45,248 bases of DNA. Origin: Adineta steineri. Its lineage: Eukaryota. The translations under genes and the position numbers were made by a program. Below, piece by piece: positions 12,287-26,200 of this stretch. The DNA is taken from positions 108,962 through 154,209 of the forward strand of contig CAJNOI010000182.1 of assembly GCA_905250115.1 (NCBI GenBank). The letters run 5' to 3'. The notes beneath the pieces are model-generated. The model made no database searches and was not told the DNA's origin. It was given only the letters and a program-made list of their open reading frames with translations. Every line of letters begins with the position of its first letter. The stretch's first letter is position 1.

Positions 12287-12568
12287 CTAATGTTTTTCTT
12301 GTTGTTGAAAATTATCCATATCATTGTTGTTCATTGTTGATTCATCTAAAGATCGTTTCCAGAATTTACGAGGTGGTGCACGTTTCCAAAATCGTGATTT
12401 AGCTGCACGTACATTTAGAAAATGAGTTGGATAATAAGAATCAAATTGATTCCAATCACTATTAGCAGTTGCATAATCATCGTTATCTAATGAAGAACTT
12501 GATGAAAGTGTAATGCCAATTAAAGCAATAAATAAACATAAAATAGTATTAATCAATGTCATACGCAT
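12287..12568 (-). CDS. Hypothetical secreted peptide precursor (93 aa) with paired dibasic sites.
   Basis: It has an N-terminal signal-like segment, MRMTLINTILCLFIALIGITLSSSSS. It then has ...FLNVRAAKSRFW-KR-APPRKFW-KR-SLDE.., giving two KR-delimited peptides that end in R/K-F-W. This is weaker than the 7573..7887 precursor because no Gly precedes KR. Confidence 0.3.
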   Translation of the reverse strand: MRMTLINTILCLFIALIGITLSSSSSLDNDDYATANSDWNQFDSYYPTHFLNVRAAKSRFWKRAPPRKFWKRSLDESTMNNNDMDNFQQQEKH

Positions 12569-15500
12569 GATGACTATAAAAGTTAAATAAGATCTTTAAT
12601 ATAGTATTCAAAAAAGAAAGAACAATTCTTACTTGAGTATTTGAAGAAAGATAAATGAAAAGATTGAGAGTCGATTGCTGAAAAATGCGTCGAATGATGA
12701 CGATGATGATAATGGAAAGAGAAAGGAAAAGACTTCGATATGAATATCTCTCAACTTTTTTCTTTCTGTGACTAATTGATGGCGGATTTTCTTTTTCTCT
12801 CTTCTTCTTTTTTTTTCGTTGCTTTTTTTGTCTCTCTCCAATCACGTATGTTGAAAAAGAGCTCTCTAGTTTTTCTATGTATCGAATGTCAAGTATAATA
12901 TAATGATGTACACATCTATTCATAATTTGTTTATTTTATCTCTAATCGATACAATCATTTTTCTCTTTTTAAACATGAATACTGATTTTTAATCCGTAAA
13001 AAAACAACAATACTCAGTATTTATTCGTAGTGTTCTCGTTTTTTTTCGATTTAATCAATTTCCGGATGAATAATAATATTTATATGTCGATTGTGCGAAA
13101 GAGAGAACGAGCTTATAAACATCGGTATGCATAACATGTATGTCCCACGCACGATCTCTATGTATTGGTTAATGGTTGTTATTGAAATGATGCCAACAAG
13201 AGAGTGAGAGAGAAAAACGCAAAGGTTGCGAGTCCAAAACGGAAACTGAAGAGCATTAATTATTTTACATCAAACGACATAAAAATCGGACATATTTCTT
13301 TTTAAGATCATATTTTTCCGGTCTTTTTCGATTGAAAGAAACACAAAAGAAATAACTCATGAAAATATTATCTCAACAATTCTTTCTATATAAATAGCAA
13401 AATATACAACTATTCTTCACATATCTAAGTACATAAATTGACAATAGTTATTTTTAGTTGAAACATCTATTTTTTAAAAATGGGATTAGTCTATTTTCAT
13501 ATTTGTTTTACAGGTAAACAAATAGATGTTCACAAGTATAGTAAGAGTGTTACCTACACATACTTTTCCAATTTATATTTAGAATAAACTTGGAGAAGAT
13601 TTTATTAGCTCAATATCGATATAATTATAACTCAATATGAATATTAATCTAACATGCATCGATGAATAATCTAAAGAAAAGAAAGATTCTAACGGAAATT
13701 TAACTAATCATATTTTATTCCTATTCGAAATTTTTTAATAAGAAAATAATTATTTTATATAGTATAATACATATGTGTGTTTTATTTTTTTTTAATAATT
13801 ATCAGAATCTTTTTATTTATCGGAATCTTTGATTTATCATGTTTCATATTAATAAATTAAACAAACGTCATTTTACGTTACTAACGAATGATATTTATGG
13901 AGTTTCCTTTGAATTGTAAGTCATGCTTCAAGTACAAAAATTAGTTACTAATAAGATTTCTTTGATGTAAATTGAAAATGTGAACTAATGGTGTTGTTTA
14001 GAAATAGTTTTCAATGTTTTTGAAAAAAAAGAAGATATGTCATGCATAAAATAAATTTTATTCATTCAAATAACTATTTCGTGATCACTATTTTTAATTC
14101 TGATTATATGATGTGTGTTTGATGATGTATTTCTAATGACTATAGTCTTTTGAACAAATGTATAATACTTTCAGCAAGATTAGTTCTTCATTGAATTTTC
14201 CTTTTCATAAACATTTCTATATAATACACTCAGATAAATCTTATACGCCAGACAGTCTATATTATAGATTCTATACTATAATTAGAGTTGTTCATATATT
14301 GAGAATATTAAACAATGGCATAAAATATTTTGTTAGATTCTTTTAAAATATACTAGTTGAAACAGTTTGATATCTTACGAAATATGAAATATTTGAATAG
14401 ATATCTGCTGTTGTTTAACTAACACAGAAATTTTACTATCATGAAAATATATTAAACTGAAATATAGTATTCATTAAATCTTGAATCCAGGTTTTAATAG
14501 TTAAATGAGCTATAGTCCTATTTCCGTTAGGAATAACATAGGACATATAATCGACAAAAGCCGTTGTCAAGCAAATCGTTCCGTCAAAACAAAAAGAAGA
14601 TGAGAACATTTATGTGAATTAAAAAGGCAAAAGAACAACTCATCGATACCACAAGTAGAATAGAACAGTTATTTAATGAATACACATTTATATTCTTAAA
14701 TCATGGATGAAAAATTTGCTGTTATTGACCAGCAATATAAGTATTCATGTTAGCAAATGTTCGAGTAATTAATTGTTAAAATATACATATAAATTGACAT
14801 CTTACAGTATAGGTGAACCTCTTCAAATGCATTTAGAATTTTGAGTGATTGACTATGAATTAAAAGAGTGTATTATAAAACGACAAGTTGTACTCAATTA
14901 TTGTAAAGGAAAATAAAATATAGATTTAGTTCCTATACCGAGCGATCTGTAAAATAGTATCAAAACACAAGTTTCTAATTAATATATAGAACAACAACAA
15001 TAATTGATAGCTATTTACTTTGGAAGAATACTATGCTATTTCCACTCTTTTGATATGTCATTCAGGAAGCAAATATTTAGTCTAAGACAATAATTAACAA
15101 GCTATTTGAAGCGTAAACTAGCTGATTGAAACCTTGACTAAAACGAATAATGACACACTGTATATAAAGACTTCGGACTAGTTAATTCAAGAGAAACAAG
15201 CCTAGTAATAGTAAAGCAATTAGATGTTTTCGGTTTAAATTATCACGATTTTCTCTTGTGTTGATTGTTTTAACGAAGATAGATCATACTATATAATAAA
15301 GGATTTAGAAAGTTATAATCATGACATAGCAAATGACATATTGTTATCATTTCCTGCTTAAGAAAAAGAGAGAAATATCGAGAGGGTTGGTCACCTCGAA
15401 TGCGTTATCTGTATCATTAGAAAAAGGGGCATTTCGAATTGTTTAAAAACATATTCATTATTATTTTGTTGATTTTACAGTTATGTCAAATAATCGAAAC

Positions 15501-17801
15501 TTTGTCAATTAAAATAGATTTGAAAACTAGACACTTTTTACGTGTTATATATTCTTTACTTAACTTTTTTTTTTTGACTAACGAATTACGATTAGGATTA
15601 TGTAGAGATTTTACAACGCGTGTTCTGCCATGCTAATCAGATGATAAATTTCGAAGAGAAAGTGTGATATGCTCAAAATACTAATAGATTGGTTATTTAT
15701 GTATGTTCCGTTAGAAAAAGAAATTTATTAATTGGAAAGTATAATTATTACTCATACGTATATTGTGTTAGATAATATCTTGCATACCTTCATTCTATTA
15801 TTATAATCACTCACTTGAGAAAATAATTATCGATATATAACGACAAAAATTGGTGCTATCACATTGCTGCAAATCATAATCTTAAAAAATGATAGTCAGT
15901 CGAGTACTTAACTACATACTTGTTTGGTGCATAAATATCGATTTATTTTCTTGAATGACTGGTTGCAACAAAATCCATTGAAAACGTATACATAAACATA
16001 AATATAGAGATTTAAGATAGTGGAGAAAGAATTAACTGAAGAATAGATTTCTTATAGCGAATGCTTCTTATATTCATCACGAATTAAATATATTCCTCTT
16101 CTTCATAGATAGATAGATAAAGAAAGTATTGTCACTTAATTATATCATTTAACTGAACAATGAAACCAACAACTTCTCATAAATGAGCAATTTATTACAG
16201 TAACAAAACCCATTTTTGATGGAAAGCATGCAAAATAATTCATTTATTTTGATTTTATCTGTCTCCATAGATTTTCATGTTATTAATTTTTTATTGCCAA
16301 TTATCTTATACGTACAATATATCACAACGTGTGTGAAAGATCTTTCAAAATTATATATTTCATCATAGGGTTAAATAGTTTGATTAAATCTATTATGTTT
16401 TTATGTCTATATTTCACCTTTTGTAAATATGCGTAAAATATTATTCAGATTCCATTATAAGTAAACTTTTGCAGTATTTTTAGCACTACATTTCCATAAA
16501 AAGAAATTTAGGAAATAGTAAAAGTGCAATCCATTCTACGCCATCCATTATTTCTGATTTCATGTTGAATTTTAATTACGTTATTTATTTAAATAAGAAA
16601 AAGAAGTAATACTTGACATTAATTCATTCTATTTTTTTCTGCTTTTGTTAATAACAAGTAGATATTTTCTTTATTGAAATTCTCCTATCGTTCTCTTGTA
16701 TTTACTAATAATGATATTTTTTAAATCTTTACTATTTAAATGTTTTCAACAAGAATATTTAGTCAAAATAATATAATCTGAAGGTTTTTTGATTATATTA
16801 AGATTCCCGGAAAGTAAAATTAAGCATAATAATATCTACTTTTCAACTAGATATTAACAAAAAGAAAACGACCTTGTGAAGATGATTTTAATTTTGTTCA
16901 TAAAATAGAAGTGAAAATTAGCCCTTTTTTTGATTACTTGTCATATTATCCTTTTGAAAAACAAATGTTTAAATTTTTGAAAGTTTCTATAGTCTAATTA
17001 AATTTCCTAACAAATTTTAACAATTCTTTTCTTTTTTCTCTCCTTCTAGAAAGAGAAAAACTGATTGACATAAATCAAATAATGTATTTAAAGAAAAAAA
17101 AGACCGATCAAACAAATAAAAATATTCTAGAAGATTTACTCAATTAATAATTCTATTGCATGTCAAAGAGAAAAAAGTTATTTTAAATTAATGATAATTC
17201 ATTATTAGTAAAGAAATTAGTCAAATTGCTGTTTTTTTCAATACCTATTCCAAAATTTGTTTTGATAATTAAAAATAATTTTAATTTAATGTTATTATAA
17301 TTATTATTATTATAATTATTTCTCCGTCTGTCTTTGTCTTCGAAAACTGAACAGTACTCCAGCAGTAATGAGCGCAGAAAGCAAATGCAAAAGAAACAAA
17401 GAAAGAAAAAAAACGAGACAATGACAGTGACGAAAAAAAAATGAGAAGAAAAGAATGAATAGCAAATAAAAGTGGAAAGAAAAAAAAAATTCTCACAAAT
17501 ACACAATTTTTTTTATAGTTATGATGATAGAACAATAAAAAGATTTTAGCTTATTTGAAGATTCGATCAAGTTTTTTTCTATCGATTTTTTCCTTGTTGA
17601 AAGAAAAAAAAGAAAATCTCCTTCTCTCTCTTTCTCTTGCTATGTCTTATGCACATACACCGGGGTATCTGCTCGTAGCCTGATTATTTTTAAATTGAGA
17701 AAAAAGAAAAAAATTTGATGGAATTGTAAGAGAAGAAAAAACTTGAGGAATGAATGATAAATATCACAAGAAAGAGAAGGAGAAAGAAAAAAAAAATAAA
17801 G

Positions 17802-19447
17802 TTAAACAGCAAACATTTGTGGGACATATAGATCCGAATCATTTAAAGATGTCGATAGATCATCAAGACCAACAAGACCATTATTGCCACTGCTACCATT
17901 TATAGATGACGATGGATCGGCTGTTGTTCCAGATGAATCACTAGTACCATTTGGTGCATACATAGTCGCATAAAGACGACGCTAAAAATTAAAAAATAAA
18001 AGTTTACTTATTAAAATATTGTTTTGAAAATAAAATAAAAGTTTCTCACTTTTTTTGTTTCATTCTCCATTACTTCATATGGATCTGTATACAAATCACA
18101 ATGTAAATCATTATGATTTGGTAAAAGTCCACCAAGATTAATATTCGAATTTGAATTACCACCACCGGTTGTATATATATGATGTAAATCTAAATGTCCA
18201 TGATGTATATGATGATGAAGTTCACTATGTGGTATCGGTAACGGTTGAGCTAATGAATGATGTTGTTGTTGTTGTTGTTGTTGCAAAAGATGATGATTAA
18301 CATTCATTTGCTGCTGCTGCTGTTGAGAAGGATCTATATAAGGTAATTCGATCAGTCCATTTTTACCTTTATTCGTTGTTACTAATGTACGTCGTACAAT
18401 GGGTCGTAATTTATACAAAGGTGGTTCAGGTGTATTTGCTGTGATACATTTTGGACATAGCCATGTTTCCGGTATATCATCACTGAATACACCTTCATTT
18501 GTAGACGTATCTGGATGAGCACTCTAATATAAAATAACATGATATTTATATAAGAAAAAGAATAATTCAAAATTAAAATATACTTTAAAACATACATGAA
18601 AACATGGTAAATGATGTATTTCCATGCAACGTTCACATTCATATAGGATTTCTTCTGGTTTTAGTTGTGATAATTTTCGTGAACCTTTCTTTTTTGAACA
18701 TATTTGACAGGAAGCTGTTGATGGTAATATTGGCGCAATACATTGTTTTGTTAAACAACATTGTTTCATTTTACCAACACCACCAAATTTTGGCATATCT
18801 TTACAATGTACACATTCAGAACAATCATCACGACAACATGGTTCACATTGCTTACAACTATTTAAAATGTATTTTTTTTTATAATATAGAAATACGAATG
18901 CAAAAAAACAAATAAAATCATACCGAACACGTTTATGTCGATCTTTTGCAGTAGATGTTTTATCTGTACTTGTCGGATAATGTTGTTGTGTGGGTGTTGG
19001 AGGTGATGTTGCTGTACTATATTGATTATTTCCATTTGTATGATGATAATTGATAACATAATGTTGTTGCTGTTGTTGTTGTTGTTGTTGTTGCTGCTGT
19101 GCTGCATAATAGTTAGCTAAATTCGATTGTGTTTGTTGTTGTTGTTGTTGAGATGAATTTGAACCAGCTAATGGTCCACTTAAAAGGATAGTTGCAGATG
19201 GATGTAGTGTAACAACATTTGTAGTTGTCTGTTGTTGCATTGTTAATGTATCATATTGATGATGATGAGAAGGATGATGTGACGATTGTTGTGGAGTATG
19301 AGGATGCTGCTGCTGATGCTGATGATGATGATGGAATGACGAATGATGTTGCTGTTGCATATCGTCACTACCCGTACTGCTCTTACGTTTTATGCCTCGT
19401 AAAGTCTCCGTTATTGTTGTTCGTTCGTTCTGAAACATATGATACAT
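17802..19447 (-). CDS. CXXC-type zinc finger + PHD-like finger protein, Gln/His-rich, 4 exons.
   Basis: Exons are approximately 18924..19447, 18596..18858, 18050..18522 and 17802..17981. Exon 2 encodes CKQCEPCCRDDCSECVHCKDMPKFGGVGKMKQCCLTKQC, a canonical CXXC domain with a KFGG core. That is followed by a C4HC3-like finger, CQICSKKK...LYECERCMEIHHLPC...WLCPKC. The flanking regions are poly-Q/poly-H low complexity encoded by (TTG)n. Confidence 0.72.
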
Positions 19448-20493
19448 CTTATGTCACAAACTACGATCAACAACTAGAATGATACGTGCGTACACAAGTC
19501 GAGTCAACATGACTTTTGTAATAGTTTATTTAGAGCTCCGACTCTATGTACATGTGTCGTCTATATCTTAATGAACCTGTTGTCTTTGTCTATGTCTATT
19601 GTCTTAGCTTACCTGACAGTGATTTGTATCGATGGAGAGTTGTTGATTATAGTTATAATGAATTATTGTTTGACCAGTTATTGCTAATAAATGATCGTTT
19701 GAAGCATGATCAATAAGAAAATGCTAAAAGATAATATATTTAAGATTGCATCATATTTGTTCTGATTACAAGGTTAAGAAAAAGAAGAAAAATGTGAGGT
19801 CAAATGACCAAAAATGTATGTGTGTATTTATGGACAAACATAAAATTTTTTTGCGTGTAAATATCTTCTCATAGTAAGTATATGGAGACATTCTCATACT
19901 TTTTTTTTCCTTTTGCAATAAGATACTCGTTCTTTTTTTTCATTAGGTTTCTTTCAAAATTACTTAAACAGAACAAAAATATAAGTTAATCATGAAGCTG
20001 TCAGGAAACCTTAAAGTAAAATTTTTCGCCTTATTTGTCTAGAAAATTTTTTTAAGAAATTGATGCATGTAAATGAATAGAAAAAGAACGACAGATATAA
20101 ACAACGATATAGTAGTATTAACAGAACTTATTCAATAATAGATATTATCTCAAGACAAACATTTATTCATTGTATCTATCTTTAACATAAGAGAGCGACG
20201 ACCTTTTCCAAAATGAAATTTCCATGAAAAAACTTATTCGTATTGTTATATCTCAAGAATCAATTAACAAAATTGATAGTATTCAAAAGATAAATGAAGA
20301 GAAACAGAAAGCATTCTTTTTAGTTCAATTTACCTCCATTGTATTCGTAAGCTGTTGTGTCTGTACAAGTTCTTCCGGGATCGATTTGTCTTTCAATTTG
20401 CGTTAAAGTGTACATAATTTTACTAGTTCGTTCAATTTAAATTGAGTCAAATATTGATATTGTTATTCTTGTTACTGCTATTCACTGTCTTTG

Positions 20494-20530
20494 TTATTAT
20501 TATTATTATTATTGTTGTTGTTGTTGTTCA
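20494..20530. repeat. (ATT)n(GTT)n compound microsatellite
   Basis: ttattattattattattattgttgttgttgttgtt. Confidence 0.8.
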
Positions 20531-21097
20531 CCACCAACAATCGACTTGTTCGACAAGGTTTCAGATCTAAAGACACAGCAATCGATCGCGCGCAACATAT
20601 AGAGAATGAGACAAAGGGGCTTCCTTTTTGCTGCTCATCATTTGAACAAAATAACAATGGACCTCTCAAAGAGACGAAGGAGGAGGAGGAGAAGGATGGT
20701 GGCAAGTAATAAGAGAGCATATTAAAGAGAAGAGACATAACATGATGTTTTTCAAGAGAGACAAAAAGAGAACTTGATTGAGCGACATATTTCTACCTGT
20801 ATACGCTAATCGATTGCAATTATATATATATACGTATGAAGAGAAAGAAGAGAAGGAAAAAAAGAAAAACAGAGAAAAGATTTTGTAAGAACCTAAAATT
20901 CGAGAATATCAGGACAACCCATAGCATTGATAGAAATAAATAGGAGCAACGAACAAGAATAAGAGAGAAAAAGAAGGGAAAACGACGACTGTGTGTGTGT
21001 GTATGTGCGAACAACGAGTTTTTCCCTTTTTCGCCCCTATGCGTTCATTCATAAAAGATTTGAGTAATTTGCACACAGATTTCTTTTCTTCTTCTAC

Positions 21098-21117
21098 TCT
21101 CTCTCTCTCTCTCTCTC
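21098..21117. repeat. (CT)n microsatellite
   Basis: ctctctctctctctctctct. Confidence 0.8.
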
Positions 21118-21232
21118 CTTTCTTTGAGTGATCAGAAGACAGCAATAGCAGAGAAAAGGGAAGGAAAATTTTGAACAAAGAACAAGGCGCAAGCGCGCGT
21201 CGTGCGTAGCGAGAACATATTATTATGATTGT

Positions 21233-21247
21233 GTGTGTGTGTGTGAT
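21233..21247. repeat. (GT)n microsatellite
   Basis: gtgtgtgtgtgtgtg. Confidence 0.8.
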
Positions 21248-23242
21248 TGCACAAGCGAGAGAAAGTGATTGACGAGTGAGAACAGAGGGAGAGAGAGAGG
21301 GAACAACGAGGACGCCGAATGATCAGGTTGTGGATGGCGGTAGTGCGCATTAATTATTCTCTTCTTCTTCTTTCTTCCTTCTTTCTTTTTTAGTTTTTTT
21401 TGTCATTTCAAACAAGAATTTGAAATTGATGGTCTTATGTGCGTATGTGTTTCCAAGTGCAACTCGTACCCCCTCTTCAAATTCATAATGAATATGTGTG
21501 GTTGTCCAAGAAACAGAAAGATTTCATTTATTAATTAGCAAACATAAAATTTTCTTTCTTTTCAAGCACATAAAGAAAAAATTAACAACAAAAATCAATG
21601 TTCTCATTCGCCTATTCTCTTTGCTTTCTTTCTTTTCTCTGGTAATGTTTGAGATTGTCAACATGAGATATAGACCAGACAAGTTATGACGACAAAGTGT
21701 TTGTGTATTTGAGCAATAAAATGAAAATAGGATAAGCTGAGAATCAAGAAGAGGAAAGAAGTTTTACAGATCAAAATGACAACAGCAAATGAAGACTAAT
21801 AGAAAGATGATGATGATTATTGAACTTTTCCGTCTCAATCTTCTAACAAGAACATGTTTTAAGAGTCAAGTCAAGTAGTCAATCAAAATATGAACTGTTT
21901 TATTTCTTTCTCATTTTCTTTTCCTATTTCTCAATATAACTATATATTTATATGAATTTTTTATAGAACACTTTTATAAGAGTATATATATATATATATG
22001 AAAGTTTAAAAGAAAAAGAAAAACTAAAATCATATATAGAATAAAGATTGAATGAAAAAGTCATGATTTATTTTTATATTATCAGTAAAAGAAAACAAAT
22101 GTCATATTTCGTTGTCGATTTTTTTTTCGGTTGAATGGCCGATATAAAAAAGAGAATGATATTAAGAAAGAACAAGAAGAAGAAGAAAGTTCTTTCTTTT
22201 TTCCTTTCTTTTCGTACAACTGAATGACAATTGTTCACAAAGTTAATCGACACATTTTTTTATATTTAGTCAATGTAAGAAAAGAAAAATAGTAAATCCT
22301 TGGAAAGCTTCTTACCGAGTCTGACTCGTTCCCCGTTCACATTGATATGTGTATATCAATAACTCTCAAATAATAGTTTTATAAATATCTATATATACAT
22401 ACATACATCTCTATATACTTGTTAACTTTAGTGAAAGATGATGATGGTGTTATTATCAACATAGCAAATCATTCAACATGCTGATGATGATGGTGAATGC
22501 TGACGACAACACGCCTTGCGCGCTATTCATTTGTCTCCTGGGACAATGTAAAACGCGTGCGTATGCAGGAGGCACTAACAGCAAAAAAATCATTATGATC
22601 ACCATCTTCTTCCTTCTCTCCCTCTCTCTTCTCTTCTCTTCTCTTCTCCTTCGTTCTACACCCAAAGAGACTATTATCTGATTATCTTAAATACTTGCGC
22701 GCTCCTCAGCACAAAATACCAAGTGTTACCTCTAGAGTCTTCTTCTCTTTTTCAAGAGCAAGTCAACGAAAGAAGACGATTACAAATTGTTATTTCTTTC
22801 CCTCTGTCTCTGTCTCTGTGTCTCTATTGCTCTTATTTCTCTATGTTTGAAATAATGAGACAAATGCTCGATTGTCGTGCTTGAATATTCTTTGCCGAAA
22901 AGGTCAGCAAATGAAACAGAGTGAGTGAAAGATATAATGTCATAGTTCGTGTTATACAATTATCAATGATAACCTCAACATTGAGGTCAATATTTTGAAT
23001 TGAATATATATATATATATACAGATATAGTTTTGCACACAAAAACAGTCTTCATTTATTCTTCTATTCTTTTTCAAGTAGACAAAAGACATGGATACTTC
23101 CATGTTTGCTATCGCGTTGGGGCACACACATACAAATACATATTATATATATATAAAGAGGAAAAGAGAGGAAGAAGAGTAGATCCGCTCCGGAATAATT
23201 CGAAGAGGAAGACATCCAGAATCGATAATTGACATCATGAGA

Positions 23243-23243
23243 C

Positions 23244-23276
<33 letters not shown>
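23243..23276. repeat. (GA)n microsatellite
   Basis: agagagagagagagagagagagagagag. Confidence 0.8.
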
Positions 23277-23279
<3 letters not shown>

Positions 23280-26200
23280 GAGGCATGCTTGACAAGAGGA
23301 GATGCGCGCTTTCGCACACTTGATGGAATCGATGAACGACAATGATGATGAATAAGAGAGCGTAGTTCAAGAAAGAGAGAGAGGGGGGAGAAAAGAAGAA
23401 GTCAGTTTCTTTTTCTTATATTCTACTAGTACTACAACTCATATTCAACATAAATACATCTATTGATTATGCAAAAAGACAATTTCATTTAGAATTCACT
23501 TACTTCCTACTAATCTACTATCTTTGCATTAAATTTACTTCAAAACCTTTTGATCTATAACTACTACAAGTTCTGTGCTTTCTTTCAAGTCATCATTCTT
23601 ACTTACTCATTTATATACATTTTACAAAGAAAAAAAAAGACCAATACCGGAAAAATTAGTAAAGGAAGTGCTATGAAAATCAAAGCGACGCTAATTTCGA
23701 CTAAAACCCTCCTTGCTGCTGTCCTTATACAACTAACTTCTGTTATGCCTATATTTCATTTTCTTTTACTCTTTTTTTCTCGTTACAACAACAACACTTT
23801 CCGATTGACTTTTGTTCACAATACACAACAGATACAATTGACTCCATTCAAACATCATAAAAAAAAAAGAAAAGAGTGTGTACCTTTTTTTTTTTCTCTT
23901 TTAATCATTAGACTTAAGTTAGAAAAAATAACTTTCGAGACTAATGATAGCAATAGAGAGAAACAGAATAGAGTAGAGCGCCACTAATTCGATTATCTCG
24001 AATTGCAGTCATCGTTCGTCCTCAAATTAACATGTTTGATTTTTAACGATTAAGCAACATTCTCATAATTTTTCTCTATGAATATAAGAGATAGAATATG
24101 AGAGAGATCAAAGCAAAATAGACCGAAGTCAATGATAATAATGATGATGACGGTCGATGATCAAGTACTTGGCATAAGTAATTCTCACTCACACCCACTC
24201 ATTCTTTAACTTAGTAGAACAAGAAGAAAAAAAATCTGTTCTACATCAATAATAGATACAGCATTAAAAGGCTTACTAACAACATCATTTTGTAAACGTA
24301 TGCATATGTGTGCATGCAAACTAAGTAAAAAAAAAAAGTCAAATTAAAATAGCCCATAAGAGGTAGTTGACGTCGTTACTATTGTTTGATGTCTTTATCT
24401 ATTGACAATATTACTCAATAAAGTGAATGAAACGATTAAATTGAAAAAAGTAATCATAGTCTATCGGAAAAAACTCCTTAATCGTTTTCTCTTTTATCTT
24501 TATCTAAAGTATTGATTCCATTTTGTTCCTGTTTCTATTGTATATATATATATTCTAAAGTAAAAGAAAGAAGAAAAAGAATTTATGTAATCAAAACAAT
24601 TATATACGTTAATTAAAGAATTCAATTATTTAGCATAGATAATGCGATGGGATAGTCTATTCGAACAAGATGTTAAAGAACTTAGATCTGATAATATAGA
24701 GAACAAGCTTCTTTCCTTCTTTTCTTTTAATCTTGTTGATTATTTCTATCTCGATTAATACATATAAATTAGAAAATTTTAAATGTTTTTAAAAGTAAGA
24801 TCTTTCTCTACTTGCCTTATCTATAAAATAATAATTATTATTAGAAACAGAAAAAAAAAGAACTTGCCTCTTGAGCAATTTTATAACAATTATTGAACCC
24901 TATAGCACATTATAATTATTTTGGGTTATTGTGTACCATATGTAGTCAAAATAGAATTCGTCTTCCAATTATCAATTATTTAAATGATTAGGAAAAGAGA
25001 GGGGATGTTATTACCATCCTACGCATATTATTCATTCCTTATTAAACATATGGATGGAAATTATTTTCTTGTAATAGAATATTTTAAAAAAAAAAAAGAA
25101 AAGAATTGTCTATGGTAAAGAAACTAAACTTTTATAAATGACATGACTATCTACAAGAGTGTAACAAATTGAAAGACACATGGGACGTAATAGCATTTCA
25201 TTCAGGGAATTTGTCTATAAGACATCTTCTTTGCTTTTTTTGTCGATACAAAACTATATTTTGAATATTAGGTATTTGATTATCAAATAAGAATAAATCA
25301 TTTTTAAATAAAGTATAGAATTTCTTGATTATCCAAGATATATTGTATGCATTAAATCATCTGAGAAAAGAAAACCTCTAGTTTGAATAATGATCGATTT
25401 ATCTGATTTGATGATGTTGCTGTCATGATTGAGATGTATCTCTATTATTTGAATGATTGTTTAGTTTTTCTAAATATCTGCAAATAAATAAAAAAACAAT
25501 ATTGACATCCGTTTATGTCTTCATTCATGTTAGGAAAAAAGCAATAGGAAACCAAAAGTCTCTATGTAGTTTACATGAATACTTAGAACAAAAAAGATTT
25601 TTATTATGATAATGTAAGATATAATTGAACACTGTCATGAAAAATGTAAGAATTCACAAAGTTCATAGCGGATATTCACTATAGACAAAATTGAAACTAG
25701 TTCTTCTTCCGTTTCTTTTATTTATGACCATGCTCTATTACGAACTCAATGCCCTCAGGCTACAGAGAAATATTATCATATCTATTACTAACTAAATAAA
25801 TACTCATTTCTTCTATATTATTCGAAAGAAAACAATCGATCAGATGTCACATATACGACATCAAATATTTCGTGATCTTTTCGATTAAAAAATTCAAATA
25901 AAAACTTTAATCGAAGTATTCCGGTTTGTTTCGTAGTTATGGTATAAATTCTCTTCAATATAATTATACATTAGTATTTAATTCAAATAAATATATTAAT
26001 TGCATATAAAATGACTGCTTTTGACAGAAAAAAATTCGAAGTAATGCATTTAACTTAAGTGAAAAGAAAATAATTATAAGTTAATTTTTTAGATTGATAT
26101 TATCGTGCGTTAGTATTTATTACAATTATTATTTTAATATAAAAAAAAACATGTGAATCATATATTTGATCTTTATTCGATTTTTATAACTAATTTATCG

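Noticed and set aside
17183-17535. Minus-strand ORFs of 84-107 aa rich in Phe/Ile/Asn.
   Set aside because: They fall in a very AT-rich, homopolymer-laden interval (poly-T/poly-A). They have no start context, no splice signals and a low-complexity translation. They are most likely non-coding.
18524-19447. Treating the 307-aa ORF 18524..19447 as one exon.
   Set aside because: It reads through a GT..AG intron whose length is a multiple of three, and continues out of the CXXC exon into intronic sequence (..FHVCFKVYFNF..). The spliced model gives a contiguous CXXC+PHD architecture instead.
23550-23987. 145-aa plus-strand ORF.
   Set aside because: The translation is low-complexity (K/F/L-rich) and lies in a microsatellite-rich ORF-poor region. 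Nothing suggests a domain or splicing.
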